This document shows, in pieces, positions 33,416 to 47,041 of a stretch of DNA of 64,000 bases; position 1 is the first letter of the stretch, and each line of letters starts with the position of its first letter. The stretch comes from Azolla caroliniana. Lineage: Eukaryota > Plantae > Polypodiophyta. The notes beneath the pieces are model-generated. The model searched no databases and was not told the origin of the DNA. It saw nothing but the letters and a program-made list of their open reading frames with translations. The position numbers and the translations under genes are program-made. The stretch is from contig JBHGNT010000010.1 in the NCBI GenBank assembly GCA_043228905.1, forward strand, positions 7,688,001 to 7,752,000, in the 5' to 3' direction.

Positions 33416-36400
33416 TTATTAGCATGCCTTTATTAAAGTAAGATTATTGCTTTAAATCCTTGAGGTATGGAAAGTGAATTTGACAAGACCTTTTAGAAGC
33501 ACATTGTTAATATGCATTACCTCAAACTACAACTATGAATAATTATTTTAGTGAATACAACCTGAGATTTATGTGACTTGAACCCACCACCACAAGCTTT
33601 ACCGCATTTACATGTGAGCTTTCGATATCCATGTGCAATCATTTTTTAGAATCGAAGACTTCTAAAACCTCTTAAGGTGATGTAGACAACAATGGTTGCA
33701 TATTGTGCTTTAGACATTCATGTCTTATTGCAATTTATTTAATTTGATAGGAGAAATGACTATATCTTATCGTTGTGCCTCAACACTTGTACTTGGTCAA
33801 CCACATGAAATTATTTGTATTTTTCAAATTTTACGATACATGAGAAGAAGCTTATTATATGAGGGTATGGAACCCACAAGATATAATACTTCATTATAGT
33901 ATTTATTCAAGACTTAATCTTGCAAGCCCATTATAAACCCTTAGGCAATTTGTAGAGGTTGTGGAATCCACATGCAAAATAGATGTGTGTAGCATGGTGA
34001 ATGTCTTATGTTACCCCTTGCTATATTGCATACAAATACACACATAGCCCTATTATGTCATGGACTTGACACGATAGGGTGGAGACTATATCCACTATGG
34101 GCCCCATTTCTCAACTCTCAAACTCTTAACTTTGTTGTTTATTTTTTGTTAATTGTCACTATGGCCATTTGGTGTACTTATTGTGGGGATTACCAACAAA
34201 TCATAGATTGAAATATATTCATTTATTGGATCTACTAAACAAAATTGTATGTCTACAACTGGAGTTTGTTTTGAATTGAAGCAAACACCTCATTTTAGAG
34301 ATAGTCCATTGCTTATACCTATTAGAAATAAAAGATTATATAATGAATTGACTTTGTTCTTAATTCAAGCCAAGGCCTCATTTGTATGTTAATTGAAAAT
34401 ATATGTTTATCAATATGCAATCTATAAGGGATTAGGGACACCCAGACATATGGCATTGCACATGTCATATATGCACTTGAAATTCTATTTTATACAAAGA
34501 GCGATTGATTTATATTTCGGTAGATTAAATAGTTATAATGAAGAATAGATGGAAAATATTATAGTCAATACTTTATTCTATCTAGTAATTATGAAAATCA
34601 AATTAAGAGTGGTGGCAAAGCAAAGAAGTCCATAAGTTTCTCATCTTTTTTATGTTCCTATATTTGTTGAATATAACTTTTGTCTTTGCAAGACAATTGC
34701 ATATTTTTAACAATACATTATAGTTATCAACAAGTGAGGCATGTTACAAAGTTTAAATTCACAAGAATTATAAAGTAGATTTGAAGAACATGGTCAAATT
34801 GTCCTATATAGCTTGTGCACGCTAGTGTTGGGGACTCATCACAATGAACCAAATATTACAAGATCTATCTATATTCTTCACTTTTATTGATGTTGTTTCT
34901 TGCATGGTTTGGAATTTATTTGATGAAAAACAAGAAAAATATGTTTCAAAACATTGTTGGATTCAATTCCATAGCAAAAGAACACTTGACAGAAAATTCA
35001 AGGCATTGAGACATGATTGAGCAATCAACATACATCAAATGAATCTTGTGAGTATTTAAAAAGACTACAATATTGAGATAATACCTAAACTTTCTAATTC
35101 TACTTGGAATTAGCCAAAATTTGGAAATTTTATTAAATGGATGTCAAACTAACTTTTTAAAACATAGTATGAGTGAAAACATATATGAAGCAATCACAAT
35201 GATTATTCTAAGCTTTAATCTGGTCTTCAAGATAAATTAGACTTTATACTAATTGGAATAGACTATACGAAAGGTGACAAAATGACAAAAAATGCGTGTT
35301 TCAAGAAAACTATAACTAATATATTTGTGTTTATAAAAATGAATTCAAAAGGAATATTGATGCATAATTTGAAACTCATTAAGGCACCTATAGAAACAAA
35401 TAAAAATATTGAAGAAAAACATAGATGCGTAATTGAAAGTGTAGAAAACAATGGGGTAATTGAATTTGGATACCACTTTATAAAAGGGAGGAAAACCAGT
35501 TCAAATTATGATTATAAGACCAAATCATTCATATCTTCCTAGTTAGTGATAAGCTTATGCAAGTTTCTAGATGTGCATGCATCATTGCAAAATGATTGTG
35601 ACAAATATACACTGAAATTTAGATTTGATATATATGCCAATAGTAGTGCCAAGTTTTAAATTGATGGACCTATATTATGGTGTACATTGGGAAGGAGATA
35701 AAGCATCAATGAAAAGCACAATTCATTCAGTAATATTATCTTTTCATGGATATTGAAGCAAAATACAAAGTAACAAGCAAAGTTTCTTTGATGGAAATGC
35801 TACTCATATATCTTGAATTATTGTGTGAAAGACCATTCAACATTTCTATGATAACTAGATCTACGACCAAACACATAAACATACACCATCATTATGTTCA
35901 TTGAAAAGTCATCGAAGGATTCATACTACTTAAATATCTATGAACTACATATAAACTTGCACTAATATTCATGGAAGCTCTTCTAAAAGATATGTTTTTC
36001 AAATTCTGAAAAGAAAATTGGCACTTCAAAAGTATGTTCTTAAAAATGGATGTGAAGTAAAAAATTATGTCTAATGTAAATATTTGATGAGTTTATCATA
36101 ATGAAAAAGAAAAAAGGTTGAACTCTAAATTTAACCAAAAATTTGTTTACAAGATCTCGGATAAAAGGTATTGTGGATGATGATTATATGTTGGATGGAC
36201 AGGAGGCGAGTCAGTGTCATGTTATGTGATCCAAACTAGAAAGTCATTGTAGTGGAAATAGAGAGAGTTTATTGTTTTCAAAGGAAGTTATTTTTTACAG
36301 CAAAAAGAAACTCACCTTATCATATAAAACTACTATTGTAACGAAAGGAGGTGTATTTTATTGATTGCTTTTCTAGAAAGGGAGTTGTCTTTTACAGAAA

Positions 36401-36599
36401 AAAAAACTTTTTCCCTACGAAACTACTATTGTAAATAATGATGGAGGTTTTTTATAACTCCCTTGTCATCAGTTGGCTCCATGTTGATCGGCACTTTTGA
36501 TTGTGTCAATCATTCCCGTTGTGGGCACTTTTACTATCTTCACCAACCACCATCATCCATGCATGTTCTTTGTCTTTTGACGAATTATTGGGACAATGG

Positions 36600-37286
36600 T
36601 GTCAATGCTTACAAAGGTGCATATGTATTTCCTTCGCATACAGAGGGGTCAATTCTTTCGTTGTTGGCGCACGTTCCTAGGTTGGCACTCGGATTTTAGT
36701 TCGCCCCCATCGAAAACTAATCATATTATGTTGTCGGTTCTGTTTGATATTCGCTATGCACAGCCATGGTCGTCCCAATAGAAGAGGGTATGCTCCTGTC
36801 GTGTCCAGTGGTAATACTACCACCAAGATTTCGAACGCGTATCCCCCCACCTTGATTTCCAGCTTTCGTATTAGTCCCAAGGGTCGGGCTTAGCGGGTGT
36901 CAGCCATTCGCAGCCAAAATGAACAGGCCTCCCAGTTCTGGATGCCCAAGCGGTCACATGTATTCTTGTTGATGACGTTAATTCTCGATCCGCTGTCAAT
37001 TATGCATCCTGAGATCTCCTACCCTTTGATGATAATTTTTATTGCGAGGTTATGGTGATCCATGACCATCGGCCCATCGGTAGATTCAGCGAAATTCGCC
37101 TAGACGACTGGTCGGTTCTCCTTGAGTACCCTGGCCTAAACTGATTGTTTCAACCGTAGAATTAAATTTAGCAGCTTGTGCATAGACATCATGATCTAGC
37201 AGTCAGCAAGGGCCTGCCAAATGGGGTCCTTGTCCATTGGTAGTTGTGGGACGAACGTCATTGCTAAACTGCTCTTTATTTCTTGT
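36600..37286 (-). pseudogene. Gypsy (H1/H2-type) protease fragment
   Basis: IIDSGSRINVI...FWLRMADTR and YPLLLGRPWL (ORF 36677..36880). Confidence 0.78.
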
Positions 37287-37645
37287 TGTCATAAGCATAT
37301 GCCACACCACGGTGGAAGGTAGGGATTGAACCCAAGACCTCCTGGTCTCCATTGGGCAACCCTACCAACTAAGCTACATCCATCTATGTATCTTTATATA
37401 AAATCCAACTTCATGTATGGTAGATTGAACATTGGACGTTCTGAGCTTGCATGCATCCTCATGCATTCTCTATTTCTAGCTGGCATACATACCTCTACCT
37501 TCTTGTATAAATACTCAAGTGCACCTTGATTCTAATCAAGGTGAACAACACTAGTTACAGAATCATAAGCTAAGTTCTTGTACCTTTTCTCTCTCCTAGT
37601 TCTCAGTCTCATCTTGGTTCTACTCTATTATACTTGTCCGTGACA
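37287..37645 (+). repeat. 5' LTR of element T
   Basis: TGTCA...TGACA termini; TATAAATA at 37506; followed by a self-complementary PBS and the gag ATG at 37676. Confidence 0.82.
37311..37383 (-). ncRNA. tRNA-derived Pol III module inside the LTR of element T
   Basis: Minus strand: A box TAGCTTAGTTGG, B box GGTTCAATCCC, acceptor stem ATGGATG/CTTCCAC with 5 of 7 pairs; anticodon arm degenerate. Confidence 0.65.
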
Positions 37646-37675
37646 GTTTGTTCACCTTCCCCTCTTCTTGCTACC

Positions 37676-38727
37676 ATGTCTATCCCCGTCAACAACCTAA
37701 ACCAAGTAATGGCAGCCTTGCAAAAACTTCAACTCAAAAATGAAATCCTTCGGGAATCATTACGAGAGCTTCAATCTGGCACATCAAGAAACCCACCACC
37801 CATCGAGCCGCAACTATCGTTGGCACCTAGACCAACCACTTCCTCTTCCCATCCATATGTCCTCGATCCAACCATCAACGTACCTGACAAATTCAATGAC
37901 ACAAGGGTGTATCTTTGTAGATTCATCAATCAAATTCGGCTTATCATCCGTTTATAGCCCCAACGGTATGCTAACGACTTTTCTTGGGTTGGCCTCGCCG
38001 GCACCCTTCTCTCCAAGCTGACGCAAGCGTGGTTTGCACCCTTGGTCGAGATCTCATCCCCTCTCTTAGAAAACTTCACCACTTTCCTTGTTGAGCTCAA
38101 AGCTACGTTCGGCGAGACAGACCGGTGACAAACGACACTCACGAAGCTCTATTCCAAGTTCAACAAGGCTCACGTCTAGCCTCTTTCTACGCTTTAGAGT
38201 TTCGTTAGATTGCCTGCGATGTGAGTTGGGATGACCAAGCCTTATGCGACCATTTTCATCGCTTTCTCCGAAACGATGTCAAGACTCTTCTCTTAAACTT
38301 TCCAGAGCCCACATCATTGTCTCAAGTAACCTCCCAAGATGTCTAGTGTGATAATCGTATGTTTTAACTTTGTAAGGAAGAAGGCGGGACTCGCAGGTTT
38401 CAGTCTTCCTCCCTAAACGCATCAACAGCTAGGACCTATGTCTCAGTTTCACCCCCCATGCCAACCTTACCATCACCCAGTGGTACTCATACTACGATGG
38501 AGGTCCCATTCCCATACCCTGATAGAGATCGACCACGCTCGGTTCCAACCACAAATTTATGCCCAACGCCAACATCGTCGCGAAATTGGCCTCTGTCTCT
38601 TTATTGTGGTAACCCCGGCCATGTCATCCGCCACTACCTGGTATGGGGCCCTCGACACCAATTCCACCTGGCATGTCTTGTGGAGGTTCATCGACAACAA
38701 GAAAACGAACAAGTCCGGCTGCAGTAG
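37676..38727 (+). pseudogene. gag: gag of element T
   Basis: VPDKFNDTR..FINQIRL, zinc-knuckle remnant LYCGNPGHVIRH, ends QENEQVRLQ*. Confidence 0.8.
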
Positions 38728-39683
38728 GAGTTATGCCGTTGGACGCTTCCCGTTACACACCGTTTCCATGCTCCTACAAGGTCGTTACGCCATTAGGAGG
38801 GTTTTCTTTGCAAGTAAGTTGTTGAGAGCCAAGATCAACATGGGCCAAATCGGCTGCCGAGAACCGAATCGGTTGAAGACCGATCGAATAGGCCTGGATC
38901 GGCTGAACAAGCTGAGAGCCGAATCAGTTGTGCCGAGTTAGGTGAAATCCGAAAGGCCATTATGGGCCTATATGTGACGGGCATGACCATATAATATCCC
39001 GTGGTGAGAATTTACCATAGTATTCTATATACGTGGATAGGTGTGAGGGTTAAACGAGAGTGTAAAGAAGGGCAGGATTACTTTTAATCCTCGGGATTGA
39101 GACAATCCATTAGGCCAAGTATGAACTTGCCTGGGGGCCTTGGGTATCACTATAAATAAGAGGCCTAGCTACCCTCATTTCATCATCTTTTGACTACGTC
39201 GAGACTTTGTTCTTGTGGTGGGTCAACTCTTGTAGCGAGCGCGCCAGCACCATGTACGACTCGACGCCACGAAGGTGGTATGGAATGCCGATCGAGGCTC
39301 GAGTTCGTCTCGATCCCTTCGCTCGGGGGTGGTCGGGTGGATCTGCACCCTTCCTTCTCTCTCTCTCTTCTGTCTATTTATCTATCTTTTATCCTTATCA
39401 TATGCTTACTTTAGATCATATCTCTAATAGTTGGTATCAGAGCTCATGTTTTAATGTTTCTTTTGTTGTCTTTTGTCTTCTTGATTGATGGTAATCGATC
39501 GATGTGCGGTCGGCCTTGATCCAGGCAGCAATCAACAAAGGAACTTCGGTAATCTTTTCTTTTTTTTCTTTTTTTTCTTCTCCCTTCTAATCATGTATAT
39601 GGTCATATGCAAAAAAAAATCATTAATTCAATGATGTTGTGGTGGTAATTAATTGGTTATATAAAACATTTACATATGTGCAC

Positions 39684-39928
39684 GAGGTCAATACCTCATT
39701 TGACATATATTTAATATGTGATTAGTTTCGTATGCGTACGAGGTTAATACCTCAATTACGTATTACGTTCACAAACATATGTTACGTTTGCGTATGAGGT
39801 CAATACCTCGATTTCTATGTAAATGATATGTGTTCGGTGTCGTATGAGTAAGAGTTCAATACCTCAGTTGTGTATTACGATTAACCCTTATTTTTGGATG
39901 TTTCGTGTGCGTAGAGGCTATATGCCTC
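39684..39928 (+). repeat. Degenerate 56-bp tandem array with a conserved GAGGT-N4-ACCTC hairpin (5 units)
   Basis: Hairpins start at 39684, 39740, 39796, 39852 and 39914. Confidence 0.8.
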
Positions 39929-40789
39929 GATTATGTGTCTCGATTTCATCATATGTTGGCTATTTGATGTTACAATTTTTTTTAATATACGCCTATGTGG
40001 TCACATGTATACGTATTTGATTGTATATATGTGATAAATAAACATGTGTATATTTGATATTACATGATTTCAATATTGAATGTTTTCCTTTTCGGGGAAA
40101 GGATTTTGGTGGCCGTCCTCACATTTTTGTGAGAATGGCGTTGTCACCATCCCTTTTTCAACAAAAAAATTTCGTTGACATCCCCATTGGTGACTTCTAT
40201 TTCGTTACGTAATGAAACAATCTTAGCCACAATGGTGTTGAGAACGTAGGGCTTGACCCACTTGATGTGAGGTCGCTCTTATGACACACATATCCAACAT
40301 GCCTCCCTCATTGCATGGATACGATGCCACCATGAGATCATTATTACAAAAGGCATTCGTAATGACGTAACCATGTGATGGGCCACGTGGGCCTACTACG
40401 AAAAGAGGGCTCATTTGGCTTGACCATTAGCTTGCACTTTGGCGTTTGCCACTGTAATTACGAGACTTGAGGTTAGGTAACATACCAACAAAGTTTGTGG
40501 TAAATGAGGGGGAAATAAGGACTCTTGATATATGTGTTTCTTTTAAAAAAACATATATGGGCAAATGCCTCGCATATTTCTTATACGCATTAAATATTAA
40601 ACATTCAAGAAGAGCAACCTACTTGGTTGGCTCAAGTGTTTAATGCATTTGTTCTCGAGGTCTCGAGTTCAAATATGACCAAGATCATACAACATCGTTG
40701 GTACATATGACTATAACACATGTTTAGACTTGAGGTCTAAGTGCACTTCGGGGTCCTCGTAATAGGACATAAAGAGCCAAAACCACATA

Positions 40790-40914
40790 TGTGGGCATCG
40801 AAACATAGTTTATTGTTAACATTTTTTTCGTGTATAAACTATTTATGAGGCTATGTGGGCACCGAAACATACTTTATTGTTTTAACATTTTTTTCGTGTA
40901 TAAACTATTCATGA
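40790..40914 (+). repeat. Direct duplication of about 63 bp in the chromovirus 5' UTR
   Basis: TGTGGGCA.CGAAACATA...TTTTTTTCGTGTATAAACTATT.ATGA occurs twice. Confidence 0.8.
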
Positions 40915-41176
40915 CGTGAACATACATGGTTGAGCCTCGGGGAGCTGCCATGAAAAAATCGATATAGAGGTTAGGGAAAGACATTAATTTGTCACCCCCA
41001 TGGTTTTTAAAACACCTTTGTGTTACCATAGTAACCTGATCTCATACATCTAGAGGGGTATTGACATGAGATCATGATATCGATTAATGTTTGCCCATGA
41101 TATGTTTACATCACAACATGATGTTATGACTATTTGTCTAACCTTATCCTATTTCTTTGCCAGAAATAATCATTCA

Positions 41177-44100
41177 ATGGCTCAAAATAACAACCCGATG
41201 TCATCCGCTCAAGCGGAAGGAACTCAAGGAAATCCTCCTGGACAAATTTCCATTGAGATGTATTTTTCACAAATAAGCCAATACCTTAGTTTCACCGCTC
41301 AACAGATGACCGAACTTCGGCAATCTCAAAGTGCTCTTGAGGCACGTGTCATTAGTTTACAACGTGAGACTAATAGACCTGATGAGCGACAAGGTGAACC
41401 ATCGTTTGTCGTTAAGCCATTTACGGGAGAAAAAAAAGAAAGAACCGAAGAAGCAATCTGCACGTGGCTGGGCCGATCGGAGTCTCATTTTGAGCTCTAT
41501 CCTACGCCAGATAGTACGAAGATTGCATATGTCGGCCGAGAACTAGGGGGTAAGGCCGCCGTCTGGTGGCATGGGCTCTGAACTTTGGGGAAATTACCCA
41601 ATACCTGGACAAATTTTGTCACAATTTTTAAGGGCCAATTTCTGCAACCTCCCTCTCGAACCGAGGCAGCACAAGCTTTAATGAATCTCTCTAGCAAGAA
41701 GTTTTCCTCGCTAGAAGACTATGTCCACCATGCTAGAACCCAAATCCAAAAGTCGGGTCTAGAAGGGGACAACTGGATAATAGCTTGTTTTGTCAATGGC
41801 ATCCCCAATTCGGACTATCACTGGATAGTGCACGATAAGGATCCAAAATCCTTCAAAGAGGTCGTTGAAATAGTTATTAGCTATCAACGCACTTCGAAGA
41901 AGGACCACAACAAACCCAACGAAGCGCTCGAGACTAAGCAGTCGCAATTCGCTGGAAAACGCAAGACACCCAACGAATTCATGGATCGCGATTGTAAGCG
42001 ACATCCTTTTTGCGTATTCTGCAAAAAGAAGGGTCATACATAAGAGCAATGTCGAAAGCTCCAATGGAAAGAGCACGACAGCAAAGCTAAAGCGGCAGAC
42101 CATAAAGGTCAGATTCCTAATGTCCTTCAGGTCTATACACATCATTTAAGTAATTGTCAATGTTCTTCCCCTCACTATGTATTGGGTCCCAATGATTTAC
42201 TATGTGCAAACGGGTATATCAATGGATCTCCCGTACAATTTTTGTTTGATTCGGGAAGCTCACACAACTTTGTGAATGATCGTTTGGTTCAGATATGGGG
42301 AATCCAACCCACCGTAAGTGATCACACCTATACAATGCACTTGGTTGATGGAAGAGTACAATACATCAACAGGGCGATTCATTCATTAGGAATTTCTATT
42401 GATACTTATGTAGAGGAAGTAGACTTCCATGTAATGAATCTTTGTACCACTGATGTAATACTAGGTTATCCTTGGTTCTATAATAAAAAATCTTCTTTAT
42501 CTATTGATTAGGTTCATCATTCAATAACTTTTGTACTGAACGATTGTACTCATTTTATTCAATGTGTAAAAAAACAATCCCCCTCAATTGTTTCCTCTCC
42601 ATCAATATCCGAGTTGTCTTGTTCTACTCTATTTTATTGTGTACTTAATCCGGACATTCACGTTTACAATATCGATAATGTCTCGGTTTAATTAACATAT
42701 TTTGAACAACAACAACTTGATGAAATCTTAAATGATTTTCATGATGTTTTTCCGAGTGAACTACCAAATGGGTTACCTCGTAAACGTAATATAGACCATT
42801 GTATAGATATTGTACCTAGCGTTGAACCAATAAGTATACCTCGTTATCGCTTAATTCGATTTGAAGAGGATGAGGTATCTAAGTAACTCAAGCACTATTT
42901 ACGAATGGGTTATATAAGTTATAGTAAATCTCCATGGGGTGCACCAGTTCTCTTGGTTAAAAAGAAAGAGGGCACATGGCGTATGTGTATTAATTACTAA
43001 CGCTGGAATAAAGTGACGATCAATAATTAATATCCATTGCCTCGGGCTGACGATCTAATTGACTGTCTCTAGGGAGCTCGGTATTTTACGAAACTTGATC
43101 TCCATACTAGCTACCATCAAATTCGTATAAATGAGGACGATGTTCCTAAAACGGCATTTCGTACACGCTATGCCCATTATGAGTTTTTGGTTATGCCTTT
43201 TGGTTTGACCAATGCTCCATCTACATTTCAACAAGAAATGAATGACATTTTCTGAGAACAACTTAGAAAATTTGTCATTATTTTCTTGGATGATATTTTA
43301 GTTTATAGTTGTACATTACAAGAACATGCTAAACATGTCCACTTTGTTTTACAAACATTGTGTGACAAACAATTTTATGCGAAGATCTCAAAATATGAGT
43401 TCTTCAAGAAATCAATTACTTATCTTAAACATCTCATAACCGAACGAGGAGTTGAAATTGATCCTTCTTGCATCGAGAAAATCGAGTTTTGGCCCACTCT
43501 TCGAAATATTCGAGAAGTTCGATCATTCCTTGGTTTTGTCGGGTTTTTGTGAAAATCCCTTCGTAATTACTCCCAATTGACAACGTTGTTTACTGATCTT
43601 CTAAAAGGTCAAACGCGTAAGTCTACAAAACCTATTGTCTGGAATGCTACACTAGACCTCACCTTTAAAGAACTTAAGGACCTGGTGTGCATGGCTCCTT
43701 CACTTCTTTCACTCGATCCTTCAAAACGTTTTGAGGTTGAAACCGATGCAAGCGATTATGCTATAGGTGTTGTCTTATATCAAGATGGTAAACCGATAGC
43801 ATTCGAGAGTAAGAAACTTGATTTTGGTCAATGTCGGTATACCGTTCAAGAAAATGAATTATTCGCAATTATACATGCGCTCAAAACCTGGCGCCATTAT
43901 CTTTATGGAAATCGCTTTGTGGTAACTACGGACCACGAGTCCTTGAAATATTTTTGTGACCAACAAGACCTGAAAGGTCGTAAGGCACGATGGGCTGATC
44001 TCATCCAGGACTTTAATTTTTCCATATGATATCGTAAAGGTTCCATGAACACTGTCGATGATGCACTAAGTCGCATCCGTGAAGTTAACATGCTTAGCTT

Positions 44101-45603
44101 CACTGAAATAACATCAGATCTTTATGATCACCTTCGAGGAAAGTATCCTGATGACAGTTATTTTGCAAAATACCCGAATCGAGTTGATTTTGGAACAGAC
44201 ACCACCACATCCTCGAAGGAATACTTCCACATTGCTAACGGTTTGCTCTACCGTAATGGGAAGATCTATGTTCCAGATTTGCCTGAGGTCAAAAAGAGAA
44301 TTCTTTTTTAATGCCATGATGCACCCTCAGCAGGGCACCCTGGAATACATCGTACACTCGTTCTAATCTCCACTCAATTCTATTGGCCTAAGATACGCCC
44401 TGACATACATAGCTATGTGACTAAATGTCACCAATGTCAGGTTAACAAAGCCGAGCGACTTAAAGCCGCAGGACTTTTACATCCCTTGGACATTCCTAAT
44501 AATAAGTGGGAAAGTATATCCATGGATTTTATTGTTAGCCTTCCTCGAACCCAAAAAGGCCATGATGCCATCTGGGTTGTGGTTGATAGACTAACTAAAA
44601 TGGTCATATTTATTGCTACTAAAACCACGGTAACAGCTCCTAAATTGGCTTACCAATTCATTGAAAAGTTATTTCATTTTTATGGGTTACCGATGGATAT
44701 TGTGAGTGATCGAGATCCAAAGTTTACTAGTGACTTCTAGACGCAAGTCTTCAGGAAGTTAGAAACTACATTGAACATGAGCTCCACGGATCATCCTCAA
44801 TCTGATGGACAGATAGAACAAGTAAATTGAATTATTGAGGACATGCTTCGAGCATACGTTGGTGCAAAACCAACAAAATGGGAACGTTTCTCCCAATTTT
44901 GGAGTTAGCTTATAACAGCTCCAAGCATACGTCAACGGGATATAGTCCTTTTATGTTGATGTATGGTTTTCAGCCACGAGCCCCGATTGATGTTAATATA
45001 CATCATGATGAGTTGCGAAGTACGCAAAACTTTCTTCGGGATATGCAAGATATGTTACATATTGCACGAGATAATATAAAAACAACTCAAGATAGAGCGC
45101 GTTTTTATGCCGATCATCAAAGGCAACCTCGTGTATTCAACCCTGGAGAGACGATATTTTTACGTGTACCTCACAATTCTAAGACATTGTCTACGGGTAA
45201 GTGCGCTAAGTTAGCCCCACGGTTTTGTGGACCTTTTACAGTCCTCAAATGCATTGGGTCATCAACCTATCGTCACGCTCTTCCCGATGGTATTGAAATT
45301 CATCCAGTTTTTCATGTGAGTCGTCTAAAAGAACTTCTAGGTTCTGGCGACAATACAGTTACAACTGAAACTCTAGTTACTTCTGAAGAATTATCTTCTA
45401 AACCACATGTACCAGAAATAATTCTCGATGTTAAAACAAAAAAATTACGTACTAAAGAAATCCGAGAATTTAAAATGAAATGGATGGATAAATCAATAAA
45501 AGATGCCACATGGGAACGCGAAAATTCTCTTAGAACTAACTTCCCTAACTTTCTATTGCAAGAGTGCAATGTTTTAAAGAGGGGGAGTATGTTACGGGCA
45601 TGA
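41177..45603 (+). pseudogene. Chromovirus gag-pol (gag, PR, RT, RH, IN, chromodomain), many stops
   Basis: CVFCKKKGHT..QC, LFDSGSSHNF, FLDDILVY, ETDASDYAIG, ISMDF..SDRD, FCGPF, and C-terminal PEIILD..KW..DATWE. Confidence 0.92.
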
Positions 45604-45665
45604 CCATATAATATCCCGTGGTGAGAATTTACCATAGTATTCTATACACATGGATAGGTGTGAGG

Positions 45666-47040
45666 AGACATGGATAGGCATAACAAATTGCACTACGCCG
45701 ATGGCTAAAGGCGAGCCGGAACAAGCCCAACCTTCTTCATGAAGCACAAAGCCAACTCGATGGCAGCAAGCACCTCAAGGTGGAACGAGGTGTGGAATGT
45801 GGATTCGGGTGCATCGAGGCACATGACGAATCACAAGGAGTGGTTCTCGACTCTCAAAAAGCCGGAGTAGTTGGGGGTAGTCGAAAGTGGCGACGAAACC
45901 CCTCACCCCATCGAACACATCGGAGATGTCCCTCTCAGCCATGTCGGTCAGAGAGCAATAATGAGAAATGTCTTGCATGTGCCGACAATCACCAAGAACT
46001 TGGTGTCGATCGGGCAAATTGTCGACTAGTGCATGCAAGTTCGATTTACTCACCTCAGGTGGTTCATAGAGGAAGAAGGCAAGATCATCGCACCAGGGTA
46101 CAAAGATGGGAGGATGTTTATCCTCGAAACCAATGACGTCAGGACTACTATGTTTGCAAAAGGGCAAAAAGTCGAATCGGATATCAACTCCATTCCAAAT
46201 TCTGAGGATGAGGCCAGTGAGGCGGAGATGCCCCAAGAGGAAGAGGAAATCGGAACTCTAGAAGAGAGTCCGATCTCATTTTGGCTAAGTGGGCCGAATC
46301 AGTGACTAAGTCGAAAGGACCAGTCAGATGAAGAGTTGGCGAGTAGTGGAGACTCGGTTGTGCAATCCCCGCGTCAGAAACCGAGGAGACGGTTTACGCG
46401 CAAGGAGAAGGGGAAGATGAAGATGCCGGAATATGGCAATGAGGCCAATACATCAAATCGAAGCGAATCCGATGTGGCCAAGAACAAAGAGGGACCTCCG
46501 AAGATGAGGTCGAAGTCGGCTCAGAGGGCTATGAAATCGGTGAACTAGAAGTTGCGCTGATCCACCCGCCGGAAGAATCATGTAATTCGGTATAGGTACA
46601 ACGAGTATATGGCCCATCATTATGCGTATATGGCGAAGGAGGCAGAAGTGCGTGAGTCAGAGAGCTACGCAAAAGCGGCGAAAGATGCCAATTGGCAGAA
46701 AGACATGGAGGAAGAGATATGAGCATTATTGGAGAACGAGACTTGGGACCTGGTTGACGCCCCCAAGGGTGTGAAGCCGATCGGATGCAGTTGTATGTAG
46801 AAGGTCAAGTACAATGCCGACGACTCGGTCAACCAATGTAAGGCCCAATTGGTGGCAATGTCTAATCGCAAAAACATGGTATCAATTACGATAGGACCTT
46901 CGTGTCGATCGCGAAGATGGCAACTGTCTATGTATTGCTGGTAGTAACAATGGCAAAGGGGTGACATTTACCTCAGATGGATGTAAAAAATGCATTCCTG
47001 CAAGGCGATCTTGAGGAACAAGTATACATGTTACAACCAA
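45666..47040 (+). pseudogene. pol: Copia C4 pol remnants (PR, integrase deleted, RT N-terminus)
   Basis: WNVDSGASRHMT, NVLHVPTITKNLVSIGQ, WDLVDAPKGVKPIG, QMDVKNAFLQGDLEEQVYMLQP. Confidence 0.85.
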
Positions 47041-47041
47041 G

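Larger units (their letters stand above)
38973..45665 (+). mobile_element. Chromovirus (Ty3/Gypsy with chromodomain), 3' LTR truncated
   Basis: 5' LTR 38973-39429; iMet PBS at 39432; about 1.7 kb 5' UTR; PPT AAAGAGGGGGAG at 45576; 3' LTR remnant 45590-45665. Confidence 0.92.

Noticed and set aside
32660-36460. AT-rich stretch with short ORFs (35282..35542, 34008..34211) as a host gene or DNA transposon
   Set aside because: No recognisable motif, splice-consistent model or TIR. Probably old decayed repeats, but this cannot be supported.
39684-39928. CRISPR-like repeat/spacer look
   Set aside because: The conserved core is only about 14 nt, the spacers resemble one another, there are no cas genes, and the context is a retrotransposon UTR.
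40612-40680. Weak sense A/B-box-like pair (TGGCTCAAGTG...GAGTTCAAAT) in the chromovirus UTR
   Set aside because: Boxes are degenerate and the arms do not fold, so it could be chance or an old SINE trace.
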